From an uncultured Caldimicrobium sp. (GTDB taxonomy: Bacteria > Desulfobacterota > Thermodesulfobacteria > Thermodesulfobacteriales > Thermodesulfobacteriaceae): 64,000 nt of DNA. Below are positions 53,409 to 63,656 of the stretch, piece after piece (within the stretch, counting starts at the first letter, position 1; the number at the start of each line of letters is the position of its first letter). The notes beneath the pieces are model-generated. The model ran no database searches, had not been told where the DNA came from, and saw only the letters and a program-made list of their open reading frames with translations. The position numbers and the translations under genes were made by a program. The stretch covers positions 14,993 to 78,992 of the forward strand of contig CAYTDX010000001.1 of assembly GCA_964436655.1 (NCBI GenBank). The letters run 5' to 3'.

Positions 53409-53527
53409 TATTAAAAATTCAAAAAACACGCGTACCTAAAGTTTCAAGGAAAGAAGGCAAACTAAAGCTTGATATTTAAAGGGAATTCAGTAAAATAATC
53501 AACAAAATCCTCAGAAAGGGAGGGAGC

Positions 53528-54271
53528 ATGCTTCGTGGAAAGGTGGCCCTGGTTACAGGTGCTTCAAGAGGAATTGGGAGGGCAATCGCTATAGAGCTTG
53601 CCAGAGCTGGTGCAGAAGTAGTTGTAAACTATCTTGGCTCGGAAGAAAGGGCAAAGGATGTAAAGCACACCATTGAATCCTTAGGGGGAAAAGCTCATCT
53701 GTTACGCTTTGATGTATCAAAGTCAGAGGAGGTAAAAAAGGCAGTGGCTGAAGTTGAAGAGGCCCTGGGAACCATCCATATTCTCGTTAACAATGCTGGG
53801 ATTACTAAGGATACCCTCTTTGTTCGCATGAAAGAAGAAGATTGGGAAACAGTGCTTAGAACCAATCTTTTTTCTGCCTTTTATGTAACCCAAGCGGTAC
53901 TACCTATGATGCTAAAGGCCCGTTGGGGAAGGATCATCAATATCTCCTCTGTGGTTGCCTTTACAGGAAATCCTGGCCAGGTCAACTACGCAACTGCTAA
54001 GGCCGGTCTTATTGGATTTACCAAGGCCCTTTCTTTAGAGGTTGCCGGAAGAAATATAACTGTTAATGCCATTGCTCCAGGCTATATTGAAACAGATATG
54101 ACGGAGAAATTACCTGAGAAGGTGAAAGAGACCTTTTTACAGGAGATACCCCTTAAGAGGGCCGGCCTTCCTGAAGAGGTAGCTTATTTAACCCTCTTTT
54201 TAGCCAGTGAACAGGCAAGTTACATCACAGGCACAGTTTTTCACATAAATGGAGGTCTCTTTCGGGGCTAA
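53528..54271 (+). CDS. fabG: 3-oxoacyl-ACP reductase (SDR)
   Basis: TGASRGIG, NNAG and Y-x3-K (YATAKAG) motifs, with a FabG-like C-terminus (HINGG). Confidence 0.85.
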   Translation: MLRGKVALVTGASRGIGRAIAIELARAGAEVVVNYLGSEERAKDVKHTIESLGGKAHLLRFDVSKSEEVKKAVAEVEEALGTIHILVNNAGITKDTLFVRMKEEDWETVLRTNLFSAFYVTQAVLPMMLKARWGRIINISSVVAFTGNPGQVNYATAKAGLIGFTKALSLEVAGRNITVNAIAPGYIETDMTEKLPEKVKETFLQEIPLKRAGLPEEVAYLTLFLASEQASYITGTVFHINGGLFRG

Positions 54272-54274
54272 TCC

Positions 54275-55324
54275 TTGCTCGTTATAGACGGCTCTTTTGG
54301 TGAAGGCGGGGGTCAGATTCTTCGCACAGCCCTTTCCCTCTCCCTTATCCTACTTAAGCCCTTTAAGATAGTAAAAATCCGGGCTAACAGACCAAGGCCA
54401 GGGCTCCAGCCTCAGCATCTTTCATGCGTAAAAGCCTCTTTGCTACTATCTTCTGCCATAACCGAGGGAGATCATCTGCACTCTCAGGAGTTAAGCTTTA
54501 TCCCCCGGAAAAGACCGCAGAGAGAGACCTATACCTTTGACATCGGGACCGCTGGTTCTACCTGCCTTCTTCTTCAAACCCTCTTTTATCCCCTTTCCTT
54601 TTCTGAAGGAGCTATCCTCTATCTAAAAGGGGGGACCCATGTCCCACATTCTCCCAACTATCACTATCTTGAAAAGGTATGGCTACCGGTCATCCAGACC
54701 TTTGGTTTTAAAGGAGGTCTTCAACTTGCAAGACCGGGCTTTTATCCTCAGGGAGGAGGCTTAATTGTTTCTCAAATAGAGAGAAAGGAGGGACTTAAAC
54801 TCCCAGATCTCTCAGATGGCTTTAACCCCGAGAAAATAGAAATTTTGAGTCTTATAACCGATAATCTTCCTACCCACATCCTTGAAAGACAGGCCAAATC
54901 CGCTCTCAATGTTTTATCTCAAAAAAATTTAAAGGCAGAACCTAAGTATGAAACCCTTAAAAGCCTATCCCCTGGAACCATGCTTCTTATAACAGCTAAG
55001 GATGGCGGTAAAAGGGTTGGCTTTTCCACCCTCGGTAAAAAGGGCTTTCCCGCTGAAGAAGTGGGTAAGACCTCGGGCCTTGCCTTTTTAAAGTTTTTGG
55101 AAAGCAGGGCCCAGTTTGAAGAATATCTGGGAGACCAGCTTCTATTGCCGGCAAGTTTAGCCCTTCTTGTAAGCCCTTCAAAGAGGTTTTCATATACAGT
55201 TGCCTCTGTTACTAAGCATCTTATAACTCAGGCCTGGTTAATTCCACAATTTTTGGATAAAATAAAGATAAAGGTTGAGGGTAAAATAGGAGAAAGAGGA
55301 GAGGTGGTTCTTGAGAGAACATGA
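54275..55324 (+). CDS. rtcA: RNA 3'-terminal phosphate cyclase
   Basis: TTG start. IDGSFGEGGGQILRTALSLS N-terminus and a GLQPQHL motif. Confidence 0.9.
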   Translation: MLVIDGSFGEGGGQILRTALSLSLILLKPFKIVKIRANRPRPGLQPQHLSCVKASLLLSSAITEGDHLHSQELSFIPRKRPQRETYTFDIGTAGSTCLLLQTLFYPLSFSEGAILYLKGGTHVPHSPNYHYLEKVWLPVIQTFGFKGGLQLARPGFYPQGGGLIVSQIERKEGLKLPDLSDGFNPEKIEILSLITDNLPTHILERQAKSALNVLSQKNLKAEPKYETLKSLSPGTMLLITAKDGGKRVGFSTLGKKGFPAEEVGKTSGLAFLKFLESRAQFEEYLGDQLLLPASLALLVSPSKRFSYTVASVTKHLITQAWLIPQFLDKIKIKVEGKIGERGEVVLERT

Positions 55325-56462
55325 AGAGATTAAAGGCTATCTAAAGGCCTGCTGGGAGAAAAATTTCTACCTGAAAAAGTTTGCCTGGGAGGAATGGGAA
55401 AGGGCCTATGACAAAGGCAAGGTCATCTTTTCCAGCTGGAAAGACCTTTCCTTTTTCAGGATAAACAAGGAATTCAAAAATTTTCCTGTAGGTACCTTCT
55501 TTAATGAAACCCTTTTTGTAAAGGGCTATCCCTCTATCCCAAGAATATATGTCCTTAAAACAGGGCTTTTAAGATACTTGACCTATCCCTTTTATGCGGA
55601 AGAAAAGATTGAGGGCTACAATGTAAGACTGGTTAGGATCGGAGTAAATATACTTGCCTTCACGCGTAGAGGATATGTCTGCCCCTTTGCCACAGATCGC
55701 TGGGAGGACTTTTTACCTGAGCTTCCGGAATTTTTTACTAAATACCCTGAGCTTGTGGTCTGCTGCGAGGTTGCAGGTCCGGAAAATCCCTTTGTCAGTG
55801 AATGGCCCCCTTATATCAAAGAGGACATTCATTTTTTCGTCTTTGACTTTGCCCAGAAAGGCTCAGGAGAATTTTTGCCCGGCCATGAAAAGATCCAACT
55901 CCTGCAAAGATTTAAACTGAATCATCCCGAAATATCCGGACCCTTCCACCCTGAAAGGGATTATGAGAAGATGAGAGGTCTTATCCGGAGATATCACCGG
56001 GAGGGAAGAGAGGGGCTCGTCTTTAAACCGGATGAAGGAGGGACAAGGATAAAATATGTCACCCCCTATTCCAATCTGACGGACCTGAAGGTGGTTTTTC
56101 CCTATCTCGGAGAGGTGGATCCCAACTTCATTGCCCTAAGACTCATAAGACTCTTGATGAATATGCATGAATTTGAAGAGTTCAAAGAGGAGATCTATGA
56201 AACCATAGGGCCAAACCTCTTTGAAGATGCCCTGAGGCTTATAAGAGAAAAAAAGGTCTTTGATGAGGTCTTTAGGGTGAGATTTAAAAACCTGGAAAAT
56301 TACCATGCCCTTTTGGCCCACTTTAAACAGACAAGGGTTAACATTGAGGTTATTAGAGAGAGCTGGGAAAAGGGCTATCTTGTTATAGAATTCAAAAAGA
56401 TTTACCCTAAGGCTACCCAATTCTGGGGACATAAATTAGAGGGGTGGGGAGAAGTTGACTGA
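55311..56462 (+). CDS. ATP-dependent RNA ligase, Rnl3 / Pab1020-like family
   Basis: 383 aa. Nucleotidyltransferase motif I is EEKIEGYNVRL (the KxxG lysine), followed by CEVAGPENP and EGLVFK motifs. Length matches the archaeal Pab1020-type ligase. TTG start overlaps the rtcA stop. Confidence 0.65.
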   Translation: MREHEEIKGYLKACWEKNFYLKKFAWEEWERAYDKGKVIFSSWKDLSFFRINKEFKNFPVGTFFNETLFVKGYPSIPRIYVLKTGLLRYLTYPFYAEEKIEGYNVRLVRIGVNILAFTRRGYVCPFATDRWEDFLPELPEFFTKYPELVVCCEVAGPENPFVSEWPPYIKEDIHFFVFDFAQKGSGEFLPGHEKIQLLQRFKLNHPEISGPFHPERDYEKMRGLIRRYHREGREGLVFKPDEGGTRIKYVTPYSNLTDLKVVFPYLGEVDPNFIALRLIRLLMNMHEFEEFKEEIYETIGPNLFEDALRLIREKKVFDEVFRVRFKNLENYHALLAHFKQTRVNIEVIRESWEKGYLVIEFKKIYPKATQFWGHKLEGWGEVD

Positions 56463-57135
56463 GTATTATCCTGTCTTTCTAAACCTTAAAAATAAACTTT
56501 GTGTGGTTATAGGTGGGGGTAAGGTTGCAGAAAGAAAGGTCCTCTCTCTTCTCAAGGCAGGTGCAAAGGTCAAGATAGTTTCTCCAGAGGTTACAGAAAC
56601 CCTGAAGAAACTCATCCAGACCCAGGATATTCAATGGGAAAAAAGGCCCTATCAGGAGGAAGACTTAAAGGGGGCCTTTCTGGTTATCGCAGCAACCAAT
56701 TCCCCGGAAGCACAAGCTAAGGTCTTTAAAGAAGCTGAAGAAAAGGGAATCCCCTGTAATGTTGTGGATAAACCAGAGTTCTGCTCCTTTATCGTGCCCT
56801 CTGTTGTTCAAAGGGGAGATCTCATAATTGCTATCTCCACAGGAGGAGCAAGCCCGGCTGTAGCAAGAAGGATCCGGGAGAAACTTGAATCCCTTTTTGG
56901 AGAAGAATATACAATATATCTTAGACTTATGCGTAAAATAAGAGAAAAAGTCTTATCTAAAAACCTCTCTCCTGAAGAAAAAGAAAGGAAGCTTCAGACC
57001 TTTGCCCTTGCTCCTCTTCCTGAGTATATAAAAGACAGAGATTATGACCTTTTAGCAACTCTACTTGACAAAGAGGGGCTATCTGAGCTCATTCCTGAGC
57101 TAAATATTCTTTGTAAAGTCTCCAGAGATAAATAA
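56455..57135 (+). CDS. Precorrin-2 dehydrogenase / sirohydrochlorin ferrochelatase (SirC / CysG N-domain type)
   Basis: YPVFLNLKNKLCVVIGGGKVAERK Rossmann start and AISTGGASPAVARRIREKLE motif. Confidence 0.8.
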   Translation: MTEYYPVFLNLKNKLCVVIGGGKVAERKVLSLLKAGAKVKIVSPEVTETLKKLIQTQDIQWEKRPYQEEDLKGAFLVIAATNSPEAQAKVFKEAEEKGIPCNVVDKPEFCSFIVPSVVQRGDLIIAISTGGASPAVARRIREKLESLFGEEYTIYLRLMRKIREKVLSKNLSPEEKERKLQTFALAPLPEYIKDRDYDLLATLLDKEGLSELIPELNILCKVSRDK

Positions 57136-57646
57136 AGGCAGGGCTGAAGATCTCTGGATTTTCAGCCAGAAGGCTTTCAAGCTCTGAGAGGGAGAAAAAT
57201 TTTCCCTCTGAGATCTCGGATGGATTAGGTCGGGGTGTTTTATCAGTGTTCCCCACAAAGAGGGTGGTGCACTCCCAGTTGGTTTCTGCACAGGGTTTCA
57301 CTCTAAAGGCCTCATCCAGTTTGACCTTGATGTTAAGCTCTTCCTTGAGCTCCCTCTGGGCTGCAAGTAGTGAAGGCTCTCCAGGACTTAAATGTCCTGA
57401 GGCAGAAGAACTCCAGAGACCAGGATGCTCCTCTCTATCTGGATTCCTCTTCTGAAGATAGATCTCCCCTTTGGAGTTGAAAAGGAAAATATGAACAGCC
57501 TTGTGAGATAGTCCACGGGCATGCACCTCCCCTCTTGCAAGCACCCCAAGGGGTTCACAATTTTCATCCACCACCTCTAAGGGCTCTTTCTTGATCCTGT
57601 CTAAGCTCTCTTTGGGTTTTCTCCCTCTCTTTTTACCTTCTGTCAT
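57089..57646 (-). CDS. NUDIX hydrolase
   Basis: Nudix box GHLSPGEPSLLAAQRELKEELNI. Confidence 0.8.
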   Translation of the reverse strand: MTEGKKRGRKPKESLDRIKKEPLEVVDENCEPLGVLARGEVHARGLSHKAVHIFLFNSKGEIYLQKRNPDREEHPGLWSSSASGHLSPGEPSLLAAQRELKEELNIKVKLDEAFRVKPCAETNWECTTLFVGNTDKTPRPNPSEISEGKFFSLSELESLLAENPEIFSPAFIYLWRLYKEYLAQE

Positions 57647-57651
57647 ATCCC

Positions 57652-60030
57652 TTATTTTAACACCAAATTTCTAATTTCATCTAAATGGGAAACCTTTATA
57701 AAGGTAATCTGGTCCCTTAAGTCCTGCGGGATTTCCTGAAGGTCCTTCTCATTCTGAGCGGGTATTATAACCCGGGTAATGCCCTTTCTGAGCGCAGCTA
57801 AGGCCTTCTCCTTGATTCCACCAACAGGGAGTATCCTTCCCCTTAAAGTTATCTCGCCGGTCATGGCATAGTCCTTGGATATAGATCTTTTGGTAAGAGA
57901 TGAAATTAAGGCCATAGCTATGGTAACCCCTGCGCTTGGACCATCCTTGGGGATGGCCCCTGCTGGAACATGCACATGAAAGTCATATTTCGTATGAAAC
58001 TTTGGGTCAAGGCCAAGCTCTTCACTCCGAGAACGGATATAAGAAAGGGCTGCCTGAGCACTCTCCTTCATCACCTCACCTAAGGAGCCCGTGAGAATCA
58101 GATTGCCCTTTCCCGGCATAACTACGGCCTCAACATAGAGAACTTCACCCCCGTAGGGTGTCCAGGCTAGTCCTGTGGCCACTCCTATCTCATCCTGCGT
58201 AAGTCTTAGATCTTCTATGAACTCGGGAGGGCCTAAAAATTCATGCAGATTTTCGGGATTTATATCAAAGGGTCCTTTTTCCCCTTCAGCGATCTTACGG
58301 GCTACCTTTCTGCAAAGAGTTGCAAGTTTCCGTTCAAGCTCCCTAACCCCTGATTCAGAGGTATATTCCTCAATCACCTTTAGGATTACCTCATCCTTTA
58401 ATCTAAATTCTTTTTTCTTGAGTCCGTGTTCCTTTAATAATTTGGGAAGAAGGTGTCTTTTGGCAATCTCAAGTTTTTCCTTGTAGGTATAGCCCGAAAG
58501 ATATATAATCTCCATTCTGTCAAGGAGGACCCGGGGGATAGGCTCAACCATATTAGCCGTTGCAATAAAGAGAACCTTAGACAGATCAAAGGGCACATCC
58601 AGATAATGATCCACAAATTCTTTGTTTTGCTCAGGGTCAAGGACCTCAAGAAGGGCAGCGGACGGATCCCCCTGAAAGGAGATGCAAAGTTTATCAATCT
58701 CATCTAAGAGAAAGACAGGATTGTTCACACCGGCCTGTTTTATACCTTGAATGATCCTTCCGGGCAGGGCCCCCACATAGGTTCTCCTGTGCCCTCTGAT
58801 CTCTGCTTCATCCCTGACCCCACCAAGTGCAACCCTCACAAACTTCCGACCAAGGGCCCTGGCAATGGACCTGCCAAGGCTTGTCTTGCCAACTCCAGGG
58901 GGACCCACAAAGCAGATAATAGCCCCTTTGGCCTTGGGATTTATTTTCTTTACTGCCAGGAATTCAAGGAGCCTTTCTTTAATCTTTTCAAGGTCATAAT
59001 GATCTTCATCCAGGACCTCTTTGACATGTTTAAGGTCTAAGTTATCAAGAGTAGAGATGCTCCAGGGGAGTTCAATTAACCACTCAAGGTAGTTTCTCAA
59101 AACAGCAGCTTCGGCTGATTCAGGATGCATCATCTCTAAGCGTTTTAACTGCCTGAAGGCCTCCTCTTCCACCTTTTTGGGCATCTTGGCCTTTTTAATC
59201 TTTTTCCTCAGCTCCAGGATCTCTGATTCTATGTCTTCTTCCTCTCCAAGCTCTCGCTTTATGGCCCTTAGTTGCTGACGCAGAAAATACTCCCTTTGAG
59301 ATCTCCCCATCTCTTCCTGGGCTTCGCTCTGAATCTTGTTTTGTAAGGTAGTAATCTCAATCTCCTCAAGGAGTATCTTGGAGATCTTCTTTAATCGCTC
59401 ATAACCATCTAAGGTTTCAAGGAGGTCCTGAGCAGTAGAAACCTTGAGTTTTAGATAGGCGCTAACGAGATCAGAGAGTCTTCCTGGTTCTTCCACCGAT
59501 TGAATAACATGAGAGATCTCAGGGTTAAGAAGTCCTTTGAGATTAAGTAATTTTTCCGTATTATCCTTTATAGATCGCATGAGGGCTTCAATATCCGGGG
59601 TAACAACCTCAGGTTCCCTTTCCTTACAGGGTTCAATTCTTACCTCAAAGAAGGGGTCAGTCTTTAAAAATTCTTTGATCTCTACCCTTGAAAGGACCTG
59701 CACAATTACCTTTTTGCGATTTTCTGAAAGATTTATGGTCTTGAGAATAAGGGCTATGGTGCCAATTCTGTAAAGATCCTTTTCCTTAGGATTTTCCAGA
59801 CGAGAATTTTTCTGAGTGATAAGCACAATGAGTTTTTCTCTCTCCTGGGCGGCTGCTACAGCCTGGAGTGACTTTGCTCTCCCCACAAAAAGGGGAACCA
59901 CCATGGAAGGAAATAACACCATGTCCCTGATAGCCATAAGGGGTAAGACCTCAGGGACATCTATGATCTCACCTTCCTGAACCTCCGCTAAGGTCTCTTC
60001 AACTTCCTGATTCATCCTCTCTCCCTTCAA
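57652..60030 (-). CDS. lon: ATP-dependent protease Lon (LonA)
   Basis: LON N-domain, GPPGVGKTS Walker A and [10 protein letters not shown] catalytic serine motif. 792 aa. Confidence 0.95.
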   Translation of the reverse strand: MKGERMNQEVEETLAEVQEGEIIDVPEVLPLMAIRDMVLFPSMVVPLFVGRAKSLQAVAAAQEREKLIVLITQKNSRLENPKEKDLYRIGTIALILKTINLSENRKKVIVQVLSRVEIKEFLKTDPFFEVRIEPCKEREPEVVTPDIEALMRSIKDNTEKLLNLKGLLNPEISHVIQSVEEPGRLSDLVSAYLKLKVSTAQDLLETLDGYERLKKISKILLEEIEITTLQNKIQSEAQEEMGRSQREYFLRQQLRAIKRELGEEEDIESEILELRKKIKKAKMPKKVEEEAFRQLKRLEMMHPESAEAAVLRNYLEWLIELPWSISTLDNLDLKHVKEVLDEDHYDLEKIKERLLEFLAVKKINPKAKGAIICFVGPPGVGKTSLGRSIARALGRKFVRVALGGVRDEAEIRGHRRTYVGALPGRIIQGIKQAGVNNPVFLLDEIDKLCISFQGDPSAALLEVLDPEQNKEFVDHYLDVPFDLSKVLFIATANMVEPIPRVLLDRMEIIYLSGYTYKEKLEIAKRHLLPKLLKEHGLKKKEFRLKDEVILKVIEEYTSESGVRELERKLATLCRKVARKIAEGEKGPFDINPENLHEFLGPPEFIEDLRLTQDEIGVATGLAWTPYGGEVLYVEAVVMPGKGNLILTGSLGEVMKESAQAALSYIRSRSEELGLDPKFHTKYDFHVHVPAGAIPKDGPSAGVTIAMALISSLTKRSISKDYAMTGEITLRGRILPVGGIKEKALAALRKGITRVIIPAQNEKDLQEIPQDLRDQITFIKVSHLDEIRNLVLK

Positions 60031-60310
60031 AGTAATTTTTTCTTAGAAAGTTCTTCCATTCTGGTCTAATTTCAAAGTAAATATAATTTTCCTTAGTAAA
60101 CACCTCTTTTATGATACCCAAATTTTTTAAAAATTTAAGACCCCTCTGGATTTCTTTCAAGTCAAGCCTTCGTCTTCGGGAAATAAATTCTGCGCAATCC
60201 GGCTCAAAGTAAAAGAGTTCCTTAAGAATAAGTCTCTCCCTTTCACTGAGAATATTCCAAAAAAGGAGATAGCGTTCAACTGAAGGAGGTTGTCTTAAGG
60301 ATTTCTCCAT
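59999..60310 (-). CDS. Hypothetical small protein, possibly winged-helix
   Basis: 103 aa ORF overlapping both neighbours by ~30 nt. No family recognised. Confidence 0.4.
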   Translation of the reverse strand: MEKSLRQPPSVERYLLFWNILSERERLILKELFYFEPDCAEFISRRRRLDLKEIQRGLKFLKNLGIIKEVFTKENYIYFEIRPEWKNFLRKNYFEGREDESGS

Positions 60311-60947
60311 CTTTCATCTCCACTACAATCTTAGCCCTTCTGGCTAAACTGAGGTCATGAGTAACCATGAGCACGGTTGTCCCTTCCTGATTAACCTCTT
60401 CAAAGATTTCCATAACCCTTTCAGTGTTTTTAGAATCCAGATTTCCCGTTGGCTCATCACAGAGCAGGATCTCCGGAGAATTGGCAAGGGCCCTGGCAAT
60501 AGCCACCCTTTGCATCTCTCCACCGGATATCTCAAAGATCTGTCTTTTTTCTTTCCCCTTTAGCCCTAATCTCTCTAAGAGATTCTCGGCCCTTTCTCTG
60601 GCCTTTTTTTTAGATATTCCCTTTCTGATTTGAGGAGCCATGACATTTTCAAGGAGATTTAACTCCGGAATAAGATAATGGAACTGAAAAACAAATCCCA
60701 TTTTTTCATTTCTGAGGCGGGAGATTCTGTTTATCTGATCAGGATTAATCCTCTCTCCTCTGTAATAGATACTTCCTGAACTGGGACTATCCAGAAGGCC
60801 CATGATGTATAAGAGGGAACTTTTGCCTGACCCAGAGGGCCCGATTATTGCCATAAAGTCTCCCTCTTCAACCTCAAGAGAGAGATCTTTCAAGATCCTT
60901 TCCTGTCCTACCCATTTGTTCACCCTTTCAAGTTTGAGAAGGCTCAC
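60276..60947 (-). CDS. ABC transporter ATP-binding protein (LolD / MacB-type)
   Basis: GPSGSGKSS Walker A, SGGEMQRVAIARA signature and LLCDEPTGNLD Walker B. Confidence 0.9.
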   Translation of the reverse strand: MSLLKLERVNKWVGQERILKDLSLEVEEGDFMAIIGPSGSGKSSLLYIMGLLDSPSSGSIYYRGERINPDQINRISRLRNEKMGFVFQFHYLIPELNLLENVMAPQIRKGISKKKARERAENLLERLGLKGKEKRQIFEISGGEMQRVAIARALANSPEILLCDEPTGNLDSKNTERVMEIFEEVNQEGTTVLMVTHDLSLARRAKIVVEMKDGEILKTTSFS

Positions 60948-60949
60948 CC

Positions 60950-62194
60950 TTAAAGACTCCTGAATATTTCCACAGGATTCAATCTGCTTGCCCTGTAAGC
61001 AGGATAAAAACTTGCCAGCAGGGAAAAAAACAGGGAAAGAAGAAACCCTACTAAATAGTATTTCCAGGATCTATCAAGAATAAAGCCCTTACTCCTCAAA
61101 AGCCCTTCAATATTCAGCTCAAGATTGGCAAGATACTCAATAATCCCGTAGGCTAAAATAAAACCGAGGACTCCTCCAATGATGCTGATGATCAAGCCGG
61201 AGAAAAGAAAAATAATAGTTATATCCCTCGGGGTATAGCCCATGGCCATAAGGATTGCAATTTCCTTTCTCTTCTCCATCACGGTCATCATAATGATATT
61301 AAAGATACCAAAGGCAGAGACAGTGATAATAGCAAAGACGATCATATAGGTGATCATGCTCTGAATCTTAAAGATTTTGAGAAAATTCAAATAGGCCTTT
61401 TGCCAGGACTCTACCTCGTATCTAATCTCTTGCATAAGTCTCCTTGATAGGGCCTCTGCCTTATTGACATCCTTTATCTTAATCAAAATCACATTAACTT
61501 CATCTGTTCTATCCAGGAGTGCCTGAAGGGTCTTGAGAGGAATGTATACCCTTGAAGAATCTATATTGGTTATCCCGGAATTCAGGAAGTCAACGATTTT
61601 TAGAATCTTGGTCTCCCCATTGGGAAGTGTCAGAACTACCTTTTTGTTGAGTTCACTAATTCCAAGGTCTCTTGCAACCACCCTGCCCACGATTAAGGAA
61701 TCCTTATCCATCTCAAAGGCCTTAAGCCTTTTAAATTCAAGAAAACGCTCAATGACAGTGGTTTTGGCCTCAAGCTGGGGAATAATCCCGATGAGGCTTA
61801 CAGGTTTTTCCTTGGCTCCGTATTTCAAAATCCCCTTGCTTTCAAGATGTGGTGCTGTCCCTGAGACCTCGGGGTAGCTATCAACTAACCTCATAATCTC
61901 GCGCCAACCAAGTATCCTATCCTTTTCTCTGGGTTTATTTCCGAAAACCTTTACTAAGCTCCTGTTATCCACCCTTCTGATAAGTCTTTCCTCGGAAGCC
62001 TCTTCCTTTGGCTTGATGGTCAAATGGGCCTCAATGTCTATGACCTGCTGGATGAAATACTTTTGAAAGCCAAACATGATAGAGCTCATCACAATAAAGG
62101 CTGTGACACTTATACATACGCCAAGGATAGAGACCAGAGTCTGTTTCCGTCGCTTTTTGATAAAGGCTATGACTATAAAAAGGATGTGTCTCAT
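60950..62194 (-). CDS. ABC transporter permease, FtsX/MacB-LolCE family
   Basis: 414 aa with an N-terminal TM, a large periplasmic domain and a C-terminal FtsX 3-TM bundle (KEIAILMAMG). Confidence 0.85.
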   Translation of the reverse strand: MRHILFIVIAFIKKRRKQTLVSILGVCISVTAFIVMSSIMFGFQKYFIQQVIDIEAHLTIKPKEEASEERLIRRVDNRSLVKVFGNKPREKDRILGWREIMRLVDSYPEVSGTAPHLESKGILKYGAKEKPVSLIGIIPQLEAKTTVIERFLEFKRLKAFEMDKDSLIVGRVVARDLGISELNKKVVLTLPNGETKILKIVDFLNSGITNIDSSRVYIPLKTLQALLDRTDEVNVILIKIKDVNKAEALSRRLMQEIRYEVESWQKAYLNFLKIFKIQSMITYMIVFAIITVSAFGIFNIIMMTVMEKRKEIAILMAMGYTPRDITIIFLFSGLIISIIGGVLGFILAYGIIEYLANLELNIEGLLRSKGFILDRSWKYYLVGFLLSLFFSLLASFYPAYRASRLNPVEIFRSL

Positions 62195-63300
62195 TCAAAA
62201 ACTCTAACCTCTTCTCCTGTCTTAAGACCAGAGAGGACTTCCAGATAATCCCCAAACCTTTCCCCGGTCCTAATTTGGATTTTGCCCCTACCCTTTACCT
62301 CAACCCTTTCTCCATGCTCAAGGGCCTTTAAAGGGATGACAAGGGCCTTTCTTTCCTCAAGAAGGATGTTTGCCTCGGCTGTGGCTTGAGCAGGAAGGTC
62401 AAGATATTGAAAGAGTCTGGCCTTAGCAAGAAAACTCCTTTTATTTCGCTCAACCTCTTTTATCACCTGAAAGATCTCTCCCTCAAAAAGGGTATGCGGA
62501 TAGGCATCAAAGGCCAGATAAACCCTTTGCCCCTCCTTTACCTGTCCAGCATATTCTTCATCTACCTCAAGAACTATCTCAAAATCCTTGGTTCCGAGAC
62601 TAAAAAGTCGGTTTTCCCCAAAGACAGAATTCACGAAATCTCCAGTGTCTATGTATTTTTTGAGCACAAAACCTGATATGGGGGCTCGCACATAGTATTT
62701 AGAGACCTCTTCTTGAAGGGCCTTTTTCTGCTCCAAGAGGGCCTGTTTTTCCGTTCGGAGGCCTCTTATGGTATCGGCATAGGTATTTTTAATCCTTTCA
62801 AAGGAGTCCTTAGCATTCTGAAAGCTCCTTTCCGCTTCATCCAGAGACTCTCTGGCCAGAAGGCCTTCTCTATAGAGCTCTTTTCTTCTGAGAAGTTTCT
62901 TTTCTTCATTCAAGAGATTGGTTTTTGCAATCTCAATCTCCCTTTTCAGAGCCTTCTGAAATTCAGAATCTCCTCTTAAGCGTTCTTCCACTAAGGCAAG
63001 CCTGGCATCAAGTTCTGCAACTCTTGAGGGAAGACTTTTAACCTCAAGCACAGCAAGGATTTGACCTTTCTTTACATAATCTCCCTCTTTCACATAAAGC
63101 CTTTTCACATAACCTGAGACCTCGGCTTTAATAAGCACATAGTTAGAGGGCTTCACATAACCTGAGGCATAGATTAATTTTTTAATTGGCCTTTCCTCAA
63201 CCCTTTGATAGGTCTTGTTAAAGAGTTTCCTGGATGAAAGGACGAAAAAGGTCAACCCCAAAAGGAGCAGTATTAAGATTACAAGGTAGAGCCTTTTCAC
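62191..63300 (-). CDS. Periplasmic adaptor subunit (HlyD/MacA membrane fusion protein family)
   Basis: N-terminal TM, lipoyl-like hairpin (V..G..V..G..L) and a long coiled coil. Coupled to the permease by a 4-nt overlap. Confidence 0.8.
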   Translation of the reverse strand: MKRLYLVILILLLLGLTFFVLSSRKLFNKTYQRVEERPIKKLIYASGYVKPSNYVLIKAEVSGYVKRLYVKEGDYVKKGQILAVLEVKSLPSRVAELDARLALVEERLRGDSEFQKALKREIEIAKTNLLNEEKKLLRRKELYREGLLARESLDEAERSFQNAKDSFERIKNTYADTIRGLRTEKQALLEQKKALQEEVSKYYVRAPISGFVLKKYIDTGDFVNSVFGENRLFSLGTKDFEIVLEVDEEYAGQVKEGQRVYLAFDAYPHTLFEGEIFQVIKEVERNKRSFLAKARLFQYLDLPAQATAEANILLEERKALVIPLKALEHGERVEVKGRGKIQIRTGERFGDYLEVLSGLKTGEEVRVFE

Positions 63301-63356
63301 AGCCTTTAATATACCCAGGGTGTTTGATTTTGCAAGAAATTACAGGTACATGGCCA

Positions 63357-63481
63357 AATTCTTTGCAAAATTGTTTCTTGTGGTAGCCACTATACCTTTA
63401 TCCTGCGTTAAATTTGAATTTAATCCTCAGTTTAAAGCCCACGGCTATCGTATAGAATCACTTTGATTTTACAAAGATCTC
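63357..63481. mobile_element. Degenerate MITE-like composite of the same family, 59 nt upstream of tRNA-Ser
   Basis: AAATTCTTTGCAAAATTGTTTCTTGTGGTAGCCACTATACCTTTATCCTGCG ... CCCACGGCTATCG ... CTTTGATTTTACAAAGATCTC. Confidence 0.55.
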
Positions 63482-63539
63482 TACAAAGGCTTGTCTTTTT
63501 CTAAAGAGGGATTAAAATTAATCAACCTTTGAGGAGACT

Positions 63540-63631
63540 GGAGGGGTGCCCGAGTGGCCGAAGGGGTGCGACTGGAAATCGCATGTACGGGGCAAAACCC
63601 CGTACCGCGGGTTCGAATCCCGCCCCCTCCG
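63540..63631 (+). tRNA. tRNA-Ser (anticodon GGA), long variable arm, no encoded CCA
   Basis: Acceptor GGAGGGG/CCCCUCC, anticodon stem UGCGA/UCGCA with loop CUGGAAA, variable arm ACGGGG-CAAA-ACCCCGU, T arm GCGGG-UUCGAAU-CCCGC, discriminator G. Confidence 0.9.
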
Positions 63632-63656
63632 TATGATAGTTCCTCTATCTTATCTC

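Noticed and set aside
57089-57135. 47-nt overlap of the convergent 3' ends of the sirC-like and NUDIX genes, considered as a possible frameshift or misassembly
   Set aside because: Both proteins look complete through their conserved regions. Overlapping convergent stops are plausible in this compact genome, as with selB and the LonC-like gene, whose stops are 1 nt apart.
63540-63631. Possible tRNA-Sec, considered because it has a long variable arm and SelB is in the window
   Set aside because: The anticodon loop is CUGGAAA, giving anticodon GGA rather than UCA. The 7-bp acceptor and 5-bp T stem are ordinary tRNA-Ser geometry.
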